Positions 29,059 through 38,753 of a stretch of 64,000 nt of DNA are shown in pieces. Positions within the stretch are counted from its first letter, which is position 1; the number at the start of each line of letters is the position of its first letter. Location of the stretch: assembly GCA_963676565.1 (NCBI GenBank), contig OY781089.1, positions 320,001 through 384,000 of the forward strand, in the 5' to 3' direction. Source of the DNA: Halarcobacter sp. (GTDB taxonomy: Bacteria > Campylobacterota > Campylobacteria > Campylobacterales > Arcobacteraceae). The translations under genes and the position numbers were made by a program. Below the pieces are notes generated by a model. It saw only the letters and a list, made by a program, of their open reading frames with translations. It had not been told where the DNA came from and ran no database searches.

Positions 29059-30806
29059 TAATACACCTTTTTAAACCATTTAGCAAATATAAAAAGATTC
29101 CAAATATGCTGTTTAAATCTTTTTTCTTTGGATTCATTAAATAAAAATCTTATAAAATCTTCATTAAAAATATTTAATTTTTTATTTACTTCTAAAATAG
29201 TGCGAAGAATATCTTCTTTATATTCTTCATATAACCACTCAATAAAAGGAGAAGAAAAACCTTTTTTTCTTCTGTGTACTATTTCATTAGGTAAATATTT
29301 TAATGCTACTTGCTTTAAAAGATATTTATTTGTATTTCCTTTCTTTAAGTTTTCACCTACACTTAACATATACTCAACTAGGTGGTAATCTAAAAAAGGT
29401 GCTCTTAGTTCTAAAGAGTTTGCCATTGACATTCTATCTAATTTTGTCATTAATACTTCTGCAATCCATATCTTAAAATCTATATATGTAAGCCACTTAT
29501 ATGGAGGATAAGTACATTTGTAATTTTCTAAATGGTTTTTAATTCTATATTCTTTAAGAACTCTTTGTTTCTGATTTTCACTAAAGGTTTCTCCATAAGT
29601 TTGATAGATATGTTTTCTTTCAAAAGCTCTATTATTATATTCCCACTCTTTAGTAAAAGTAAAAGGCTCCTTTGAACCTTTACTTTGGTAATAGTTCAAC
29701 ATTGTAAAATAATTATCATATCCTAAAAAACTCTCATCACTTCCTTCTCCAGCAAGAGCAACCTTAATACCTTGGTTATGTATAAACTCACTTAAAAGAT
29801 ATGTTGGAATAGCTGCAGAATCAGCAAATGGTTCATCTGTATGTTCAATCATCTTATCAATTGTTTCAATAAAATCTTTTCTTGTAATAATAAGTTCATG
29901 ATGAGTAGAACCAATATGTTCTGCTACAATTTTTGCATAATTTAGTTCACTATAGTGTTTATGTTCATCATAACCTATACAAAAAGTATTTATCTTCTTT
30001 TTTGAAAATTTTGAATATAAAGCAGAAGTTAAAGATGAATCAATTCCACCTGAAAGTAATGTTGCAACTTCTACATCTGAAACTAGCCTTTGATTAATAC
30101 TATTTATTAAAATATCTTCTATATCATGTAAAACTGTCTCTTCATCTCTTTTAACATTTTTAATATTATCAATATCATAATATTTTTTAATTTTAAAGCT
30201 AGTTTCATCAAAAATTAAAAAATGCCCTGCTGGTAATTTTTTTATATCTTTATAAAAAGTATTATCTTCAATAGGTGTTAAAAATGATAGGTATTGAGAT
30301 AAAGCTTTTTGATTTAAATCTGGAGTTGTATCAAGTAATTTTAAAATAGACTTTATCTCACTTGAATAAATAAACTTATCATTTTTTAAATAATAATAAA
30401 AAGGTTTTTTCCCAAACCTATCTCTAGCACAAAAATATTTACCTTTTTTTATATCATAAATAGAAAAAGAGAACATTCCATTAATTTTATTTAAAAAACT
30501 TTCTCCATATTTTTGATAAAGTCTTATTAAAACTTCTGTATCACTTTTAGTTATACACAAAAGTTTTTCTTCTTTTATTAACTCTTTATAATTATAAATT
30601 TCTCCATTAAAAATGATAATAATATCATCAAAAACCATAGGTTGATTAGCTTCACTTTCTAAATCAATAATAGCTAATCTAGTATGTCCAAATTGACAAT
30701 TCTCATATTCATATAAACCTAAATTATCTGGGCCTCTATGATTTAAAAGTTTTAAAGAATCAAGAAAAAAAGATGATTTAAAATTTGTACCTAAGATACC
30801 ACACAT
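29058..30806 (-). CDS. asnB: Asparagine synthase-like glutamine amidotransferase (sugar uronamide formation likely)
   Basis: N-terminal MCGI (ATG 30806, TAATG overlap), HRGPD, RLAIID, NGEIYN, LSGGIDSS, GEGSDE and RRKKGF motifs. Confidence 0.9.
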   Translation of the reverse strand: MCGILGTNFKSSFFLDSLKLLNHRGPDNLGLYEYENCQFGHTRLAIIDLESEANQPMVFDDIIIIFNGEIYNYKELIKEEKLLCITKSDTEVLIRLYQKYGESFLNKINGMFSFSIYDIKKGKYFCARDRFGKKPFYYYLKNDKFIYSSEIKSILKLLDTTPDLNQKALSQYLSFLTPIEDNTFYKDIKKLPAGHFLIFDETSFKIKKYYDIDNIKNVKRDEETVLHDIEDILINSINQRLVSDVEVATLLSGGIDSSLTSALYSKFSKKKINTFCIGYDEHKHYSELNYAKIVAEHIGSTHHELIITRKDFIETIDKMIEHTDEPFADSAAIPTYLLSEFIHNQGIKVALAGEGSDESFLGYDNYFTMLNYYQSKGSKEPFTFTKEWEYNNRAFERKHIYQTYGETFSENQKQRVLKEYRIKNHLENYKCTYPPYKWLTYIDFKIWIAEVLMTKLDRMSMANSLELRAPFLDYHLVEYMLSVGENLKKGNTNKYLLKQVALKYLPNEIVHRRKKGFSSPFIEWLYEEYKEDILRTILEVNKKLNIFNEDFIRFLFNESKEKRFKQHIWNLFIFAKWFKKVY

Positions 30807-31894
30807 TATACTTTCTCGCAAATATAATCTATTTCATCCTCAGTTAAATAAGGATTCATCGGTAAACTTATTATCTCTTTAGAAATTTTTTCACTAATTG
30901 GAAAATCTCCCTTTTTATAATTTAAAAAATTGAAACACACTTGTAAATGAAGTGGTATTGGATAATGAATAGATGTAGGAATTCCTACTTCTTTTAATCT
31001 TGCTTGTAAAATATCTCTATTTTCTGTTCTAATGGAAAATTGAGCCCATGTTGAAGTACAATTATGTTCAACAAAGGGAAGAATAATATTATCTTTAAAT
31101 GAAAGTTTTTTTAAGTATTTTTTAGCAACTTCTTCCCTGACTAATAGCTCATCATTAAAATATTTTAACTTAACATTTAAAATTGCAGCTTGTATAGTAT
31201 CTAATCTTCCACCCATACCAATATATTTATGATGATACCTTTTATTTTGTCCATGAACTCTCAGTTGCTTTAATTTTTGTGCTAATTCTTTATTGTTTGT
31301 AAAAAGTGCGCCCCCATCTCCATAGCAACCTAAGGGTTTAGCTGGAAAAAAAGATGTGATTGAAAGGTCTCCTAAACAACTGTCTTTTATTCCATTATGT
31401 GTGGCACCAAAACTTTGTGCTCCATCAATTACAACTTTTAGATTATATTTTTTTGCAATATTTACTATTTCATCAATTTTAGGTGGTTGTCCATATAAAG
31501 CTACAGGAATTATAGCTTTAGTTCTGTTAGTAATTTTTTCTTCTATTAAATTAGGGTCTATATTATAAGTTTTATCATCAATATCTACAAAAACTGGTTT
31601 AGCACCAATTAAAGCTATAGTTTCAGCAGTTGAAATAAAAGTAAAAGGTGTAGTTATAACTTCATCACCCTCTTTAATATTTAAAGCTAATAAAGCTAAA
31701 AGAAGAGCATCCGTTCCAGAAGAGCATGTTATTGCATATTTTGCATTAGTAAATTTTTCAAGATTTTCTTCTAAAATATTTATCTCTTCACCCATTATGT
31801 AATTAGATTTATCTAAAACATTTTGAATAGCTTTATCTATCTCTTTCTTATAAAGTTGATATTGATATTGTAGGTTAGCAAAATCTATTTTCAT
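30806..31894 (-). CDS. DegT-family aminotransferase, WbpE/WlbC-like
   Basis: SSGTDAL, D.AQSFGA, TSFFPAKPLGCYGDGGA and RLDTIQAA motifs. Confidence 0.88.
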   Translation of the reverse strand: MKIDFANLQYQYQLYKKEIDKAIQNVLDKSNYIMGEEINILEENLEKFTNAKYAITCSSGTDALLLALLALNIKEGDEVITTPFTFISTAETIALIGAKPVFVDIDDKTYNIDPNLIEEKITNRTKAIIPVALYGQPPKIDEIVNIAKKYNLKVVIDGAQSFGATHNGIKDSCLGDLSITSFFPAKPLGCYGDGGALFTNNKELAQKLKQLRVHGQNKRYHHKYIGMGGRLDTIQAAILNVKLKYFNDELLVREEVAKKYLKKLSFKDNIILPFVEHNCTSTWAQFSIRTENRDILQARLKEVGIPTSIHYPIPLHLQVCFNFLNYKKGDFPISEKISKEIISLPMNPYLTEDEIDYICEKV

Positions 31895-32874
31895 GAACCT
31901 AACATTCCTACTTGTTTTCCCCAGGGAAACTCAATTTTGTGAGCACATAACATAGAACAAGGTTGGCACTCTTTTTTTTCTACTTTTTTCAAAACATCTA
32001 AAGCTTTCTTAGATTCTAATAATAAATCTAAATCTCCATTAAAATCTTTTAGATTACCCATTTTTAAAAATTCTAAACACTCATTACAAGGGAAAACATT
32101 TCCATATGGGTCAATAACTAAAGATCGACTACCCATAAAACAATTAAAAAGAGGTACACTATTTTTATAAATTGATTTTGCCCATAACCAATTTGGTTTT
32201 CGTCTCTCATCTAACCAATTTACCTTAGTAAGTAAAAATTCTATCTCTTCTAACTCATTATCTGTATAACTATATATTTTATCTTTATTTTGAAGCAATC
32301 CTGCATTTCTAGAATATCCTATAAAATAACCAACTTCTAACTCTTTCGCAAAATCAACTACCCATGGAATATCTTTATAATTCTCTTTATAAACAATCAT
32401 TGTTAAACGGATTTGTATTCCCAAACTCTTCAAAAGATTAACAGTTTCTATTACTTTTCCATAACCATTTTTGACTAATCGTACTTTTTCATAATTCTCT
32501 TTTGAGCCATCAAGAGAGATGTCTATTCTAAAATTTTTAGGACTAATATATTTTAAACATTCTTTTACAACTTCATGATGTTTTTGAGGATACCACCCAC
32601 TAATATTTGTATGAAGAAAGGCATCTTTTTTATATTTTGAGATAACTCTTACTGCCTCAACATATTTTTGTGAAAGTTGGGATTCTCCGGCAGTTAAATC
32701 AAAATAATTTGTTTTTTCTAAATATTTTGATTGAATAGTTTTTTCAAAGATTTCAATCTCTATTTCATTATTAGTGATTTCATTTTTTTCATACTGCCAA
32801 ATATTACAATTAACACACTTTCCTGGACAATACAGTGAAACCATATAATTTATATCTTCTATTTGATACTTCAT
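31891..32874 (-). CDS. Radical SAM protein with SPASM/Twitch domain
   Basis: CPGKCVNC (CxxxCxxC); ISLDG; C-terminal CFMG...IDPYGNVFPC ... CQPC...C. Confidence 0.88.
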   Translation of the reverse strand: MKYQIEDINYMVSLYCPGKCVNCNIWQYEKNEITNNEIEIEIFEKTIQSKYLEKTNYFDLTAGESQLSQKYVEAVRVISKYKKDAFLHTNISGWYPQKHHEVVKECLKYISPKNFRIDISLDGSKENYEKVRLVKNGYGKVIETVNLLKSLGIQIRLTMIVYKENYKDIPWVVDFAKELEVGYFIGYSRNAGLLQNKDKIYSYTDNELEEIEFLLTKVNWLDERRKPNWLWAKSIYKNSVPLFNCFMGSRSLVIDPYGNVFPCNECLEFLKMGNLKDFNGDLDLLLESKKALDVLKKVEKKECQPCSMLCAHKIEFPWGKQVGMLGS

Positions 32875-32875
32875 T

Positions 32876-34015
32876 TTAACTTCTTATCTTTATATATTCA
32901 ACTAACTCTTCTAATTTTTTATCTAATGATATTTTTCTTGCTTCAAAATGAAGAGACTCAATATTTGCTCTATTTTGTTTTTTTAAAAATTTAATTATAT
33001 TTTCTATATTTAAAGGTCTGTCATTAAATGATTCCATTAAATATGCCTCTTTAATATTATCTTTCCCATCAATTCCATGATCTTCATGAGCTAAGACAAA
33101 AGGTAATCCCCAAGCCATAAAATCTAAAGTTTTTAAAGTATTAACTTTACCACCCTGCTTTCGATGAACAGCTAGATCATTTATACCTAAATCAATTTTA
33201 TTAATATATTTGTTAATTTCTATAATTGGAATAAATCCTAGATAATTAATTTTGACATACTCTTTTACAAGTTTTAGATCATAATATTCTAAAATCTCTT
33301 TAAAGCCTTCAATATCGGTTCCACCAACATAAAGTTCAAAAAGGGTTTTCTTTGATTCTTTTAAATAGTTTTCTAAACCTAAAAGAAGTCTATCATAACC
33401 TGAGTATTCATATTTTCCATATTTTGAAGACATAAGTAAAAAAGAGATATGAGTCTCATCATACTTTTTAAAATCCCTTTTTTTATAGTTGTTAATAAAT
33501 ATACTATTATTCATAACATAAATATTATCAATTTTTCCCTCATAATATCCATTATCATAAGATAAAATAGAGAAAGAAACACTTTTCATTGCTTCTAAAT
33601 TATAGCGATTAGATAATTTATAATAAAGTGGTTTTTCTATAGTTGTTTCTTCAATTGGTGGAGTTGGATATTCTAAAATTGGTTTAAATTTTTTTATAAA
33701 ATTAAAAATCTTTTTTGAAACAAAATCCATTCTCAATATAATATGATCAGGATTTAATTGAGAAACTCTTTTTAATAACTCATCATAAATATTTTCCCAA
33801 ACTCTCATAGCAGAAAACTTTTGATTTAAAAATGTTCCTCTTAAAAAATAAATATTTTCAATATCTTCAAAGTTATTAAATCCGAGAGGAGAAATAAAAA
33901 TTAAATGATAATTAATATTCTCATTTTTCTTAAAAACTTTATAGTAATTCATATATTTCTGATATATATTAGTACCACCATTTACCCCTATATAAACAAT
34001 ATGTATTAATTTCAT
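32876..34015 (-). CDS. Putative glycosyltransferase (GT-B/GT4-like)
   Basis: GYDRLL.GL, YLGF and ID.GI..L..HRK...LKT.DF.A.GLPFV C-terminal nucleotide-binding pattern. Confidence 0.65.
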   Translation of the reverse strand: MKLIHIVYIGVNGGTNIYQKYMNYYKVFKKNENINYHLIFISPLGFNNFEDIENIYFLRGTFLNQKFSAMRVWENIYDELLKRVSQLNPDHIILRMDFVSKKIFNFIKKFKPILEYPTPPIEETTIEKPLYYKLSNRYNLEAMKSVSFSILSYDNGYYEGKIDNIYVMNNSIFINNYKKRDFKKYDETHISFLLMSSKYGKYEYSGYDRLLLGLENYLKESKKTLFELYVGGTDIEGFKEILEYYDLKLVKEYVKINYLGFIPIIEINKYINKIDLGINDLAVHRKQGGKVNTLKTLDFMAWGLPFVLAHEDHGIDGKDNIKEAYLMESFNDRPLNIENIIKFLKKQNRANIESLHFEARKISLDKKLEELVEYIKIRS

Positions 34016-34018
34016 ACT

Positions 34019-34729
34019 CTATTTTCCAAATCTATTTTTCCAAGATTCAAATAAACTTATTGCTTTATTTTGCTCATCTTCATTCATAGGAGGGTTTGAA
34101 GTAACATTTTCAATCAAACCTATTTTAGGGATAATTATATTATCTTTTAAATACTTATCACAAATAAAAGATAACTCTTCATTTTCAATTAAATTACATT
34201 TATATTTAATATCTTCAATTCTATCATCAATATTTATTTCAACTAGTCTCTCTTTTATAACTTTCCCTGCATCAATTCTTTTATCAATAAAATGTGTAGT
34301 TATGTATAAAGGGACTCTTTTTTGTATACTCCAATATAAAGAATCTAAACCACTAGATTCTGGAATTTTTCCAGGATGAAGATTTATTATACCATGACTA
34401 AAACTATTAATGATATTCTCTTTTAAAATTCTTGCACCTGAAATAATTCCTAAATTTGCATTGAGTTTTTTTATTAAAGTTAATGATTCATTACTGTTAT
34501 GAGTAACGACAAAATATGGAATATCATATAAATCACATAACTCTTTAGGGTGAAAGATTGGAGGGTTAGAAATACTTCTTTTATAAATCTTGTTAGGTAA
34601 ATGTAACTTTACACTTGGTGCAGCTAAATACCCTACAACTTCAATACCACACTTTTTTAAAATATGTAAAAAATTTTCACTTTTTTTGTGAGGAAAATTA
34701 TAGCCGAAAACAACCACTTTATACATCAT
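34019..34729 (-). CDS. Sugar N-formyltransferase (formyl_trans_N fold)
   Basis: GARIL, IINLHPG and H..D..IDAG motifs. Confidence 0.8.
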   Translation of the reverse strand: MMYKVVVFGYNFPHKKSENFLHILKKCGIEVVGYLAAPSVKLHLPNKIYKRSISNPPIFHPKELCDLYDIPYFVVTHNSNESLTLIKKLNANLGIISGARILKENIINSFSHGIINLHPGKIPESSGLDSLYWSIQKRVPLYITTHFIDKRIDAGKVIKERLVEINIDDRIEDIKYKCNLIENEELSFICDKYLKDNIIIPKIGLIENVTSNPPMNEDEQNKAISLFESWKNRFGK

Positions 34730-35693
34730 TAAACCTCATGCAAAGAGGATGATAATCCCCCTCTATTCTAGATAAAGAGCAATTTCTAATATCTGAAGCT
34801 ACACAAATTGAAGATAATGAGTCTTCTAAAGAAAAACCTTGATTATCTAATATCATTTCATAACTTTTTGTATGTAAGTCAGTAAAACCATCAGAAAACT
34901 CTAACTGCTTACTATCAATACAGATATTCCTATAAGTTCTTTGACCTTTTTGTTTAATATTAGTTGGTAAAAAAGATTCATTTATAGATAAAAACCATCT
35001 AACTCTTGCATATTTTAGTTCTAAAAAACCTGAATGGATATCTTCTTTTTTAACATGAACTTTACTATTTTTTACCTCTCCAAAAATATCAATTAACATA
35101 TCAAAGAAATGAATACCTATATTTGTAGAAACTCCACCTGATTTAATTAAATCATTTTTCCAAGAATAAAAATACCATTTACCCCTAGATGTAATATAAG
35201 TTAAATCAATATCAAATATTTTAGAAGGGTTTTCTTTTAATTGAGCTTGTACCTTTTTTTTCAAATCTTGAATAGTAGGATGTAGTCTAAGTTGTAAAAT
35301 TGTATTAACATCTTTATTATACTCTTTTTCTATATCCATAAGTTTATATACATTATTGGGATTTAAAACTAAAGGTTTTTCACAAATTGCATGGGCATTA
35401 CTTCTTAATGCAAATCTAATATGAGAATCATGTAAATAGTTAGGAGAACAAATTGAAATGTAATCAATTTTATCTTTAGTATTTCGAAACTTATCAACAT
35501 ATCTATCAAATCTTTCAAACTCTGTAAAAAAAGCACAATTTGGGAAAAAGCTATCTAAAATACCTACACTATCATGTTTATCTAAAGCGACATCTAAATA
35601 ATTATTTGTATCTTTTATAGCCTTTAAATGTCTTGGTGCAATATATCCTGCAACTCCTATTAATGCAAATTTTTTCACAAAAACCTCATCCAT
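34719..35693 (-). CDS. Gfo/Idh/MocA oxidoreductase, WbpB/WlbA-like UDP-GlcNAcA 3-dehydrogenase
   Basis: FALIG.AGYIAPRH..AI, CSPNYLH, CEKPL, NIGIHFFD and EFSDGFTDLH motifs. Confidence 0.88.
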   Translation of the reverse strand: MDEVFVKKFALIGVAGYIAPRHLKAIKDTNNYLDVALDKHDSVGILDSFFPNCAFFTEFERFDRYVDKFRNTKDKIDYISICSPNYLHDSHIRFALRSNAHAICEKPLVLNPNNVYKLMDIEKEYNKDVNTILQLRLHPTIQDLKKKVQAQLKENPSKIFDIDLTYITSRGKWYFYSWKNDLIKSGGVSTNIGIHFFDMLIDIFGEVKNSKVHVKKEDIHSGFLELKYARVRWFLSINESFLPTNIKQKGQRTYRNICIDSKQLEFSDGFTDLHTKSYEMILDNQGFSLEDSLSSICVASDIRNCSLSRIEGDYHPLCMRFNDV

Positions 35694-36414
35694 TTTTTTT
35701 TACTTTTAATACATAATGTACACTTTTGTCTAAAGCATTTCTATAATCATGCTGTATAACGTCAAAACCATTTTCTTCAAAACTTTTATAAAGATACTCT
35801 TTATCATAAAAAAATCGATAAATATAATCATCATTTTCAAACTGATACATTTTTTTTATCAATGGAGGAATACAATCGTAAAATACTATAAGAGTTTTAT
35901 CATGACATCTACTAATTAAATTTTTAAGTAATAAAGACAAATCTTCACAGAACATAATACAACTTCTTAATAAAATCACATCAAACTCTTCTTCGAAAAG
36001 CTTATTTCTTTTATCATTTAAATCAAATACAATTGCAGGTATCTTTAATCTGTTTTTAGCGTATTTTACAACTGTTTCATTAATTTCTGTTAAATATGCT
36101 CGTGCACCAAATTTTTCAAATTTCTTTACAAAATGACCATTCCCACCACTTATATCTAAAATCTTCTTATCTTGAAAATTAAATCCATCTACTTCAAAAA
36201 TATCTTCCATCTCTAACATAAAGTTTTGGAAAACATAAGATTGTTTTTTAATATGTCCAAAGTTAATAAAATAATCATAAAATTCTTGAGTATAACTCAC
36301 ATCTTTTTTAGGAAGACTAAAGGCATTTGTGCAATATTTACAAACATACCATTTATGTTTAGCTGTATCATATTCTTCAAATTCAGTTTCTTCCTTGCAT
36401 ATTTGACATCTCAT
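35686..36414 (-). CDS. Class I SAM-dependent methyltransferase with N-terminal Zn finger
   Basis: CQIC..CKYC; motif I LDISGGNG; FDVI. Confidence 0.78.
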   Translation of the reverse strand: MRCQICKEETEFEEYDTAKHKWYVCKYCTNAFSLPKKDVSYTQEFYDYFINFGHIKKQSYVFQNFMLEMEDIFEVDGFNFQDKKILDISGGNGHFVKKFEKFGARAYLTEINETVVKYAKNRLKIPAIVFDLNDKRNKLFEEEFDVILLRSCIMFCEDLSLLLKNLISRCHDKTLIVFYDCIPPLIKKMYQFENDDYIYRFFYDKEYLYKSFEENGFDVIQHDYRNALDKSVHYVLKVKKNG

Positions 36415-37430
36415 GAATCATACTCCTTTTTAATATATTCATTAAACCATTTTTCATCTAATCTTAATTTTTTTAAAACATATTTCTTATCATTAATTAA
36501 TTCAACTTCATCATATATTGGCTTTTCTAAAATTTGCAAAGCTTCATTTCTTGTAATTTGTTTTGCTTTTATCATAGAAGATAAATGTGCTCTTCTTTTA
36601 TCAATATTATATTTTGTTGGCAAAATATAGTTTTGATAAAATTTTGTAAAAATTGATTCAGAGTGTTTTCCCCCATACTCTTTCCAATCACAAAACTTAT
36701 TTAATATTTTTTTTGCATCTTCTTTATTATAATCTATATGATTCAAAGGAGAAATAAACTCAATATCAATAAGTTTTTTATTGATGTAAGGATATGTTTT
36801 AAAATCATTAATTCCATAATTAAATGCTGTCTTTTGAATTAAACTAAAATCCATTTTATCATGAACCCAATCTCTTGGAAGAATTGACTCACTTTGATAA
36901 TTTTGTCCACTAACTGAGTATTTAATCTTGAATTTTTCACATACTATTTGTTGTATTGCATTCATTGCATGATCCGTAACCATTTCTAGATCAATATTAT
37001 CTGAATAAAAAAATGCCCTTTGTAACTCCCTAAACTCTTCCCAATCAATTATGTAAGTGTATAAATCAAGATTCAGTTTTTTTACAAGAAGCTCAATATT
37101 ATGAATAGCTGCCTCACTATTCCATCCATTATCACAATGAACTACCAAAGGTCTTAAATTTAGCTTCACTACACAATAATAAAGTAAAAAAGAGCTATCA
37201 ATACCTCCACTAAGTCCTAATATAACATCATAATTACTATTTTTCTGATTTAATTTTATATCTTCAACTTTAGAGATTAAATCTGCAAATGATTTTTGTT
37301 TAATTCCTCTTTGTTCATACCAATGACAATGTGAACAAATACCATTTTCATCAAATTTAATAGATGGATCACTTGTATCCATAACACATTTAGAACAAAC
37401 TTGATACTCTCTAAACATAGTTATGTCCAT
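36411..37430 (-). CDS. N-acetyl sugar amidotransferase (WbpG/WbuX/PseA/AglX-like PP-loop)
   Basis: CSKCVMD..CSHC, GLSGGIDSS, DNGWNS and YGGKH.ES motifs. Confidence 0.88.
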   Translation of the reverse strand: MDITMFREYQVCSKCVMDTSDPSIKFDENGICSHCHWYEQRGIKQKSFADLISKVEDIKLNQKNSNYDVILGLSGGIDSSFLLYYCVVKLNLRPLVVHCDNGWNSEAAIHNIELLVKKLNLDLYTYIIDWEEFRELQRAFFYSDNIDLEMVTDHAMNAIQQIVCEKFKIKYSVSGQNYQSESILPRDWVHDKMDFSLIQKTAFNYGINDFKTYPYINKKLIDIEFISPLNHIDYNKEDAKKILNKFCDWKEYGGKHSESIFTKFYQNYILPTKYNIDKRRAHLSSMIKAKQITRNEALQILEKPIYDEVELINDKKYVLKKLRLDEKWFNEYIKKEYDS

Positions 37431-38187
37431 TGTTTATTTTTTTGATTATATATTCTCTATCTTCCAAACTCAAATATTGTAATAAAACACTCTTTAATTT
37501 AGTTAAGTATAAAAAATAAGAACCTATAGCAAATGCTTTAATATTTGTATTGTTAATTACTTCAACAATATCATCTAGGCTTCCCATTCCTCCTAGAGCA
37601 ATTAATTCACAATTTACTTCTTTAAACTTTGATAAAAGTTCAGTATCGTAACCCATCATCATTCCATCATGATTTACTGAATTTATAACTATCTCACCAA
37701 TACCTAAATTTATCAAAATTTTAATATGTTTTTGTAAATTTTCATTTTTTACTACATTATTTTTATAGTCAAATAAAAAATATTCATTATTAACATTAAC
37801 TATATCCAAACATACAGAAACACTTTGCGACCCAAATAAATTAATCAACTTTGATATAAAATCATAATCAAATGAATTTCTACCTATAATTAATTTTTCT
37901 ATACCCAAATTTATCAGTTTAAATGCATCCTCAATATTTGAGATATTCCCTCCATATGATATGGGTCTAGTAAATTCATCAACCATGTCTTTTAGTAGTT
38001 GGAAATTTATCATATTTTTATTAATTGCGCTTTTATCTAAAATAATAAGTTCATCTACATTTTTTTGATTAAATATTTTAATACTATTAATTGGGTCCCC
38101 AATGTATCTATCAAACTTAAATTGTTTTGTCTTAATTACTTTATTTTCACTCAATAAAATCACAGGAAAAATTCGTAAAGGAATCAT
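37411..38187 (-). CDS. HisF2/WbuZ/AglZ-like acetamidino-modification protein
   Basis: KT..F...YIGDPIN..IFN...VDEL..LD, YGG and DGMM.GYD motifs; lies between the HisH-like gene and the amidotransferase. Confidence 0.85.
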   Translation of the reverse strand: MIPLRIFPVILLSENKVIKTKQFKFDRYIGDPINSIKIFNQKNVDELIILDKSAINKNMINFQLLKDMVDEFTRPISYGGNISNIEDAFKLINLGIEKLIIGRNSFDYDFISKLINLFGSQSVSVCLDIVNVNNEYFLFDYKNNVVKNENLQKHIKILINLGIGEIVINSVNHDGMMMGYDTELLSKFKEVNCELIALGGMGSLDDIVEVINNTNIKAFAIGSYFLYLTKLKSVLLQYLSLEDREYIIKKINNGHNYV

Positions 38188-38753
38188 TTAAACTCCTCTA
38201 CAAAATATTTTAAAAAATCTAAACCAAGGTCGCCACTAATTTCTGGATGAAATTGACAAGCTAAAATATTCTCTTTTTTAATAATTGCTGGAATTTTCAT
38301 ATTATAAATAACATAATCTATCTCACAATTTTCTTCTTTAACCTCTAGGAAATATGAGTGAGAGAAGTAATATTTTTTTTCATTTACATAATTAAAACCA
38401 ATATGTGGAACTTTATATATCTCATTTGAATTTATTTTTTTTACTTTAGCATTAATAAAACCTAAACCTTTAAGAGTACCTTCTTCACTACTAACACTAA
38501 AAAGTTGCATTCCTAGACAAATTCCTAAAATTGGTTTTTTATCTACTAATACTATTTTTTTTAAATCTTGAACAATTGGTTTTAAAATCTTCATTGCAGA
38601 ATCAAAACTACCAATTCCAGGTAAGATTAATTTATCACACTTTTCTAATTCATCATACTCTTTTACTATTTTAACTGATGCATTAATTGAATTTAAGGCA
38701 TTAAATAAAGAATTTAAATTATTAGCTTTAGTATCTATAATTCCAATAGTCAT
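38184..38753 (-). CDS. HisH2/WbuY/AglY-like glutaminase subunit
   Basis: LPGIGSF, GICLGMQ and QFHPE class I GATase triad. Confidence 0.88.
   Translation of the reverse strand: MTIGIIDTKANNLNSLFNALNSINASVKIVKEYDELEKCDKLILPGIGSFDSAMKILKPIVQDLKKIVLVDKKPILGICLGMQLFSVSSEEGTLKGLGFINAKVKKINSNEIYKVPHIGFNYVNEKKYYFSHSYFLEVKEENCEIDYVIYNMKIPAIIKKENILACQFHPEISGDLGLDFLKYFVEEFK

Noticed and set aside
37411..38753. Histidine biosynthesis hisF/hisH
   Set aside because: Context and the divergent HisF N-terminus indicate glycan acetamidino-modification paralogues
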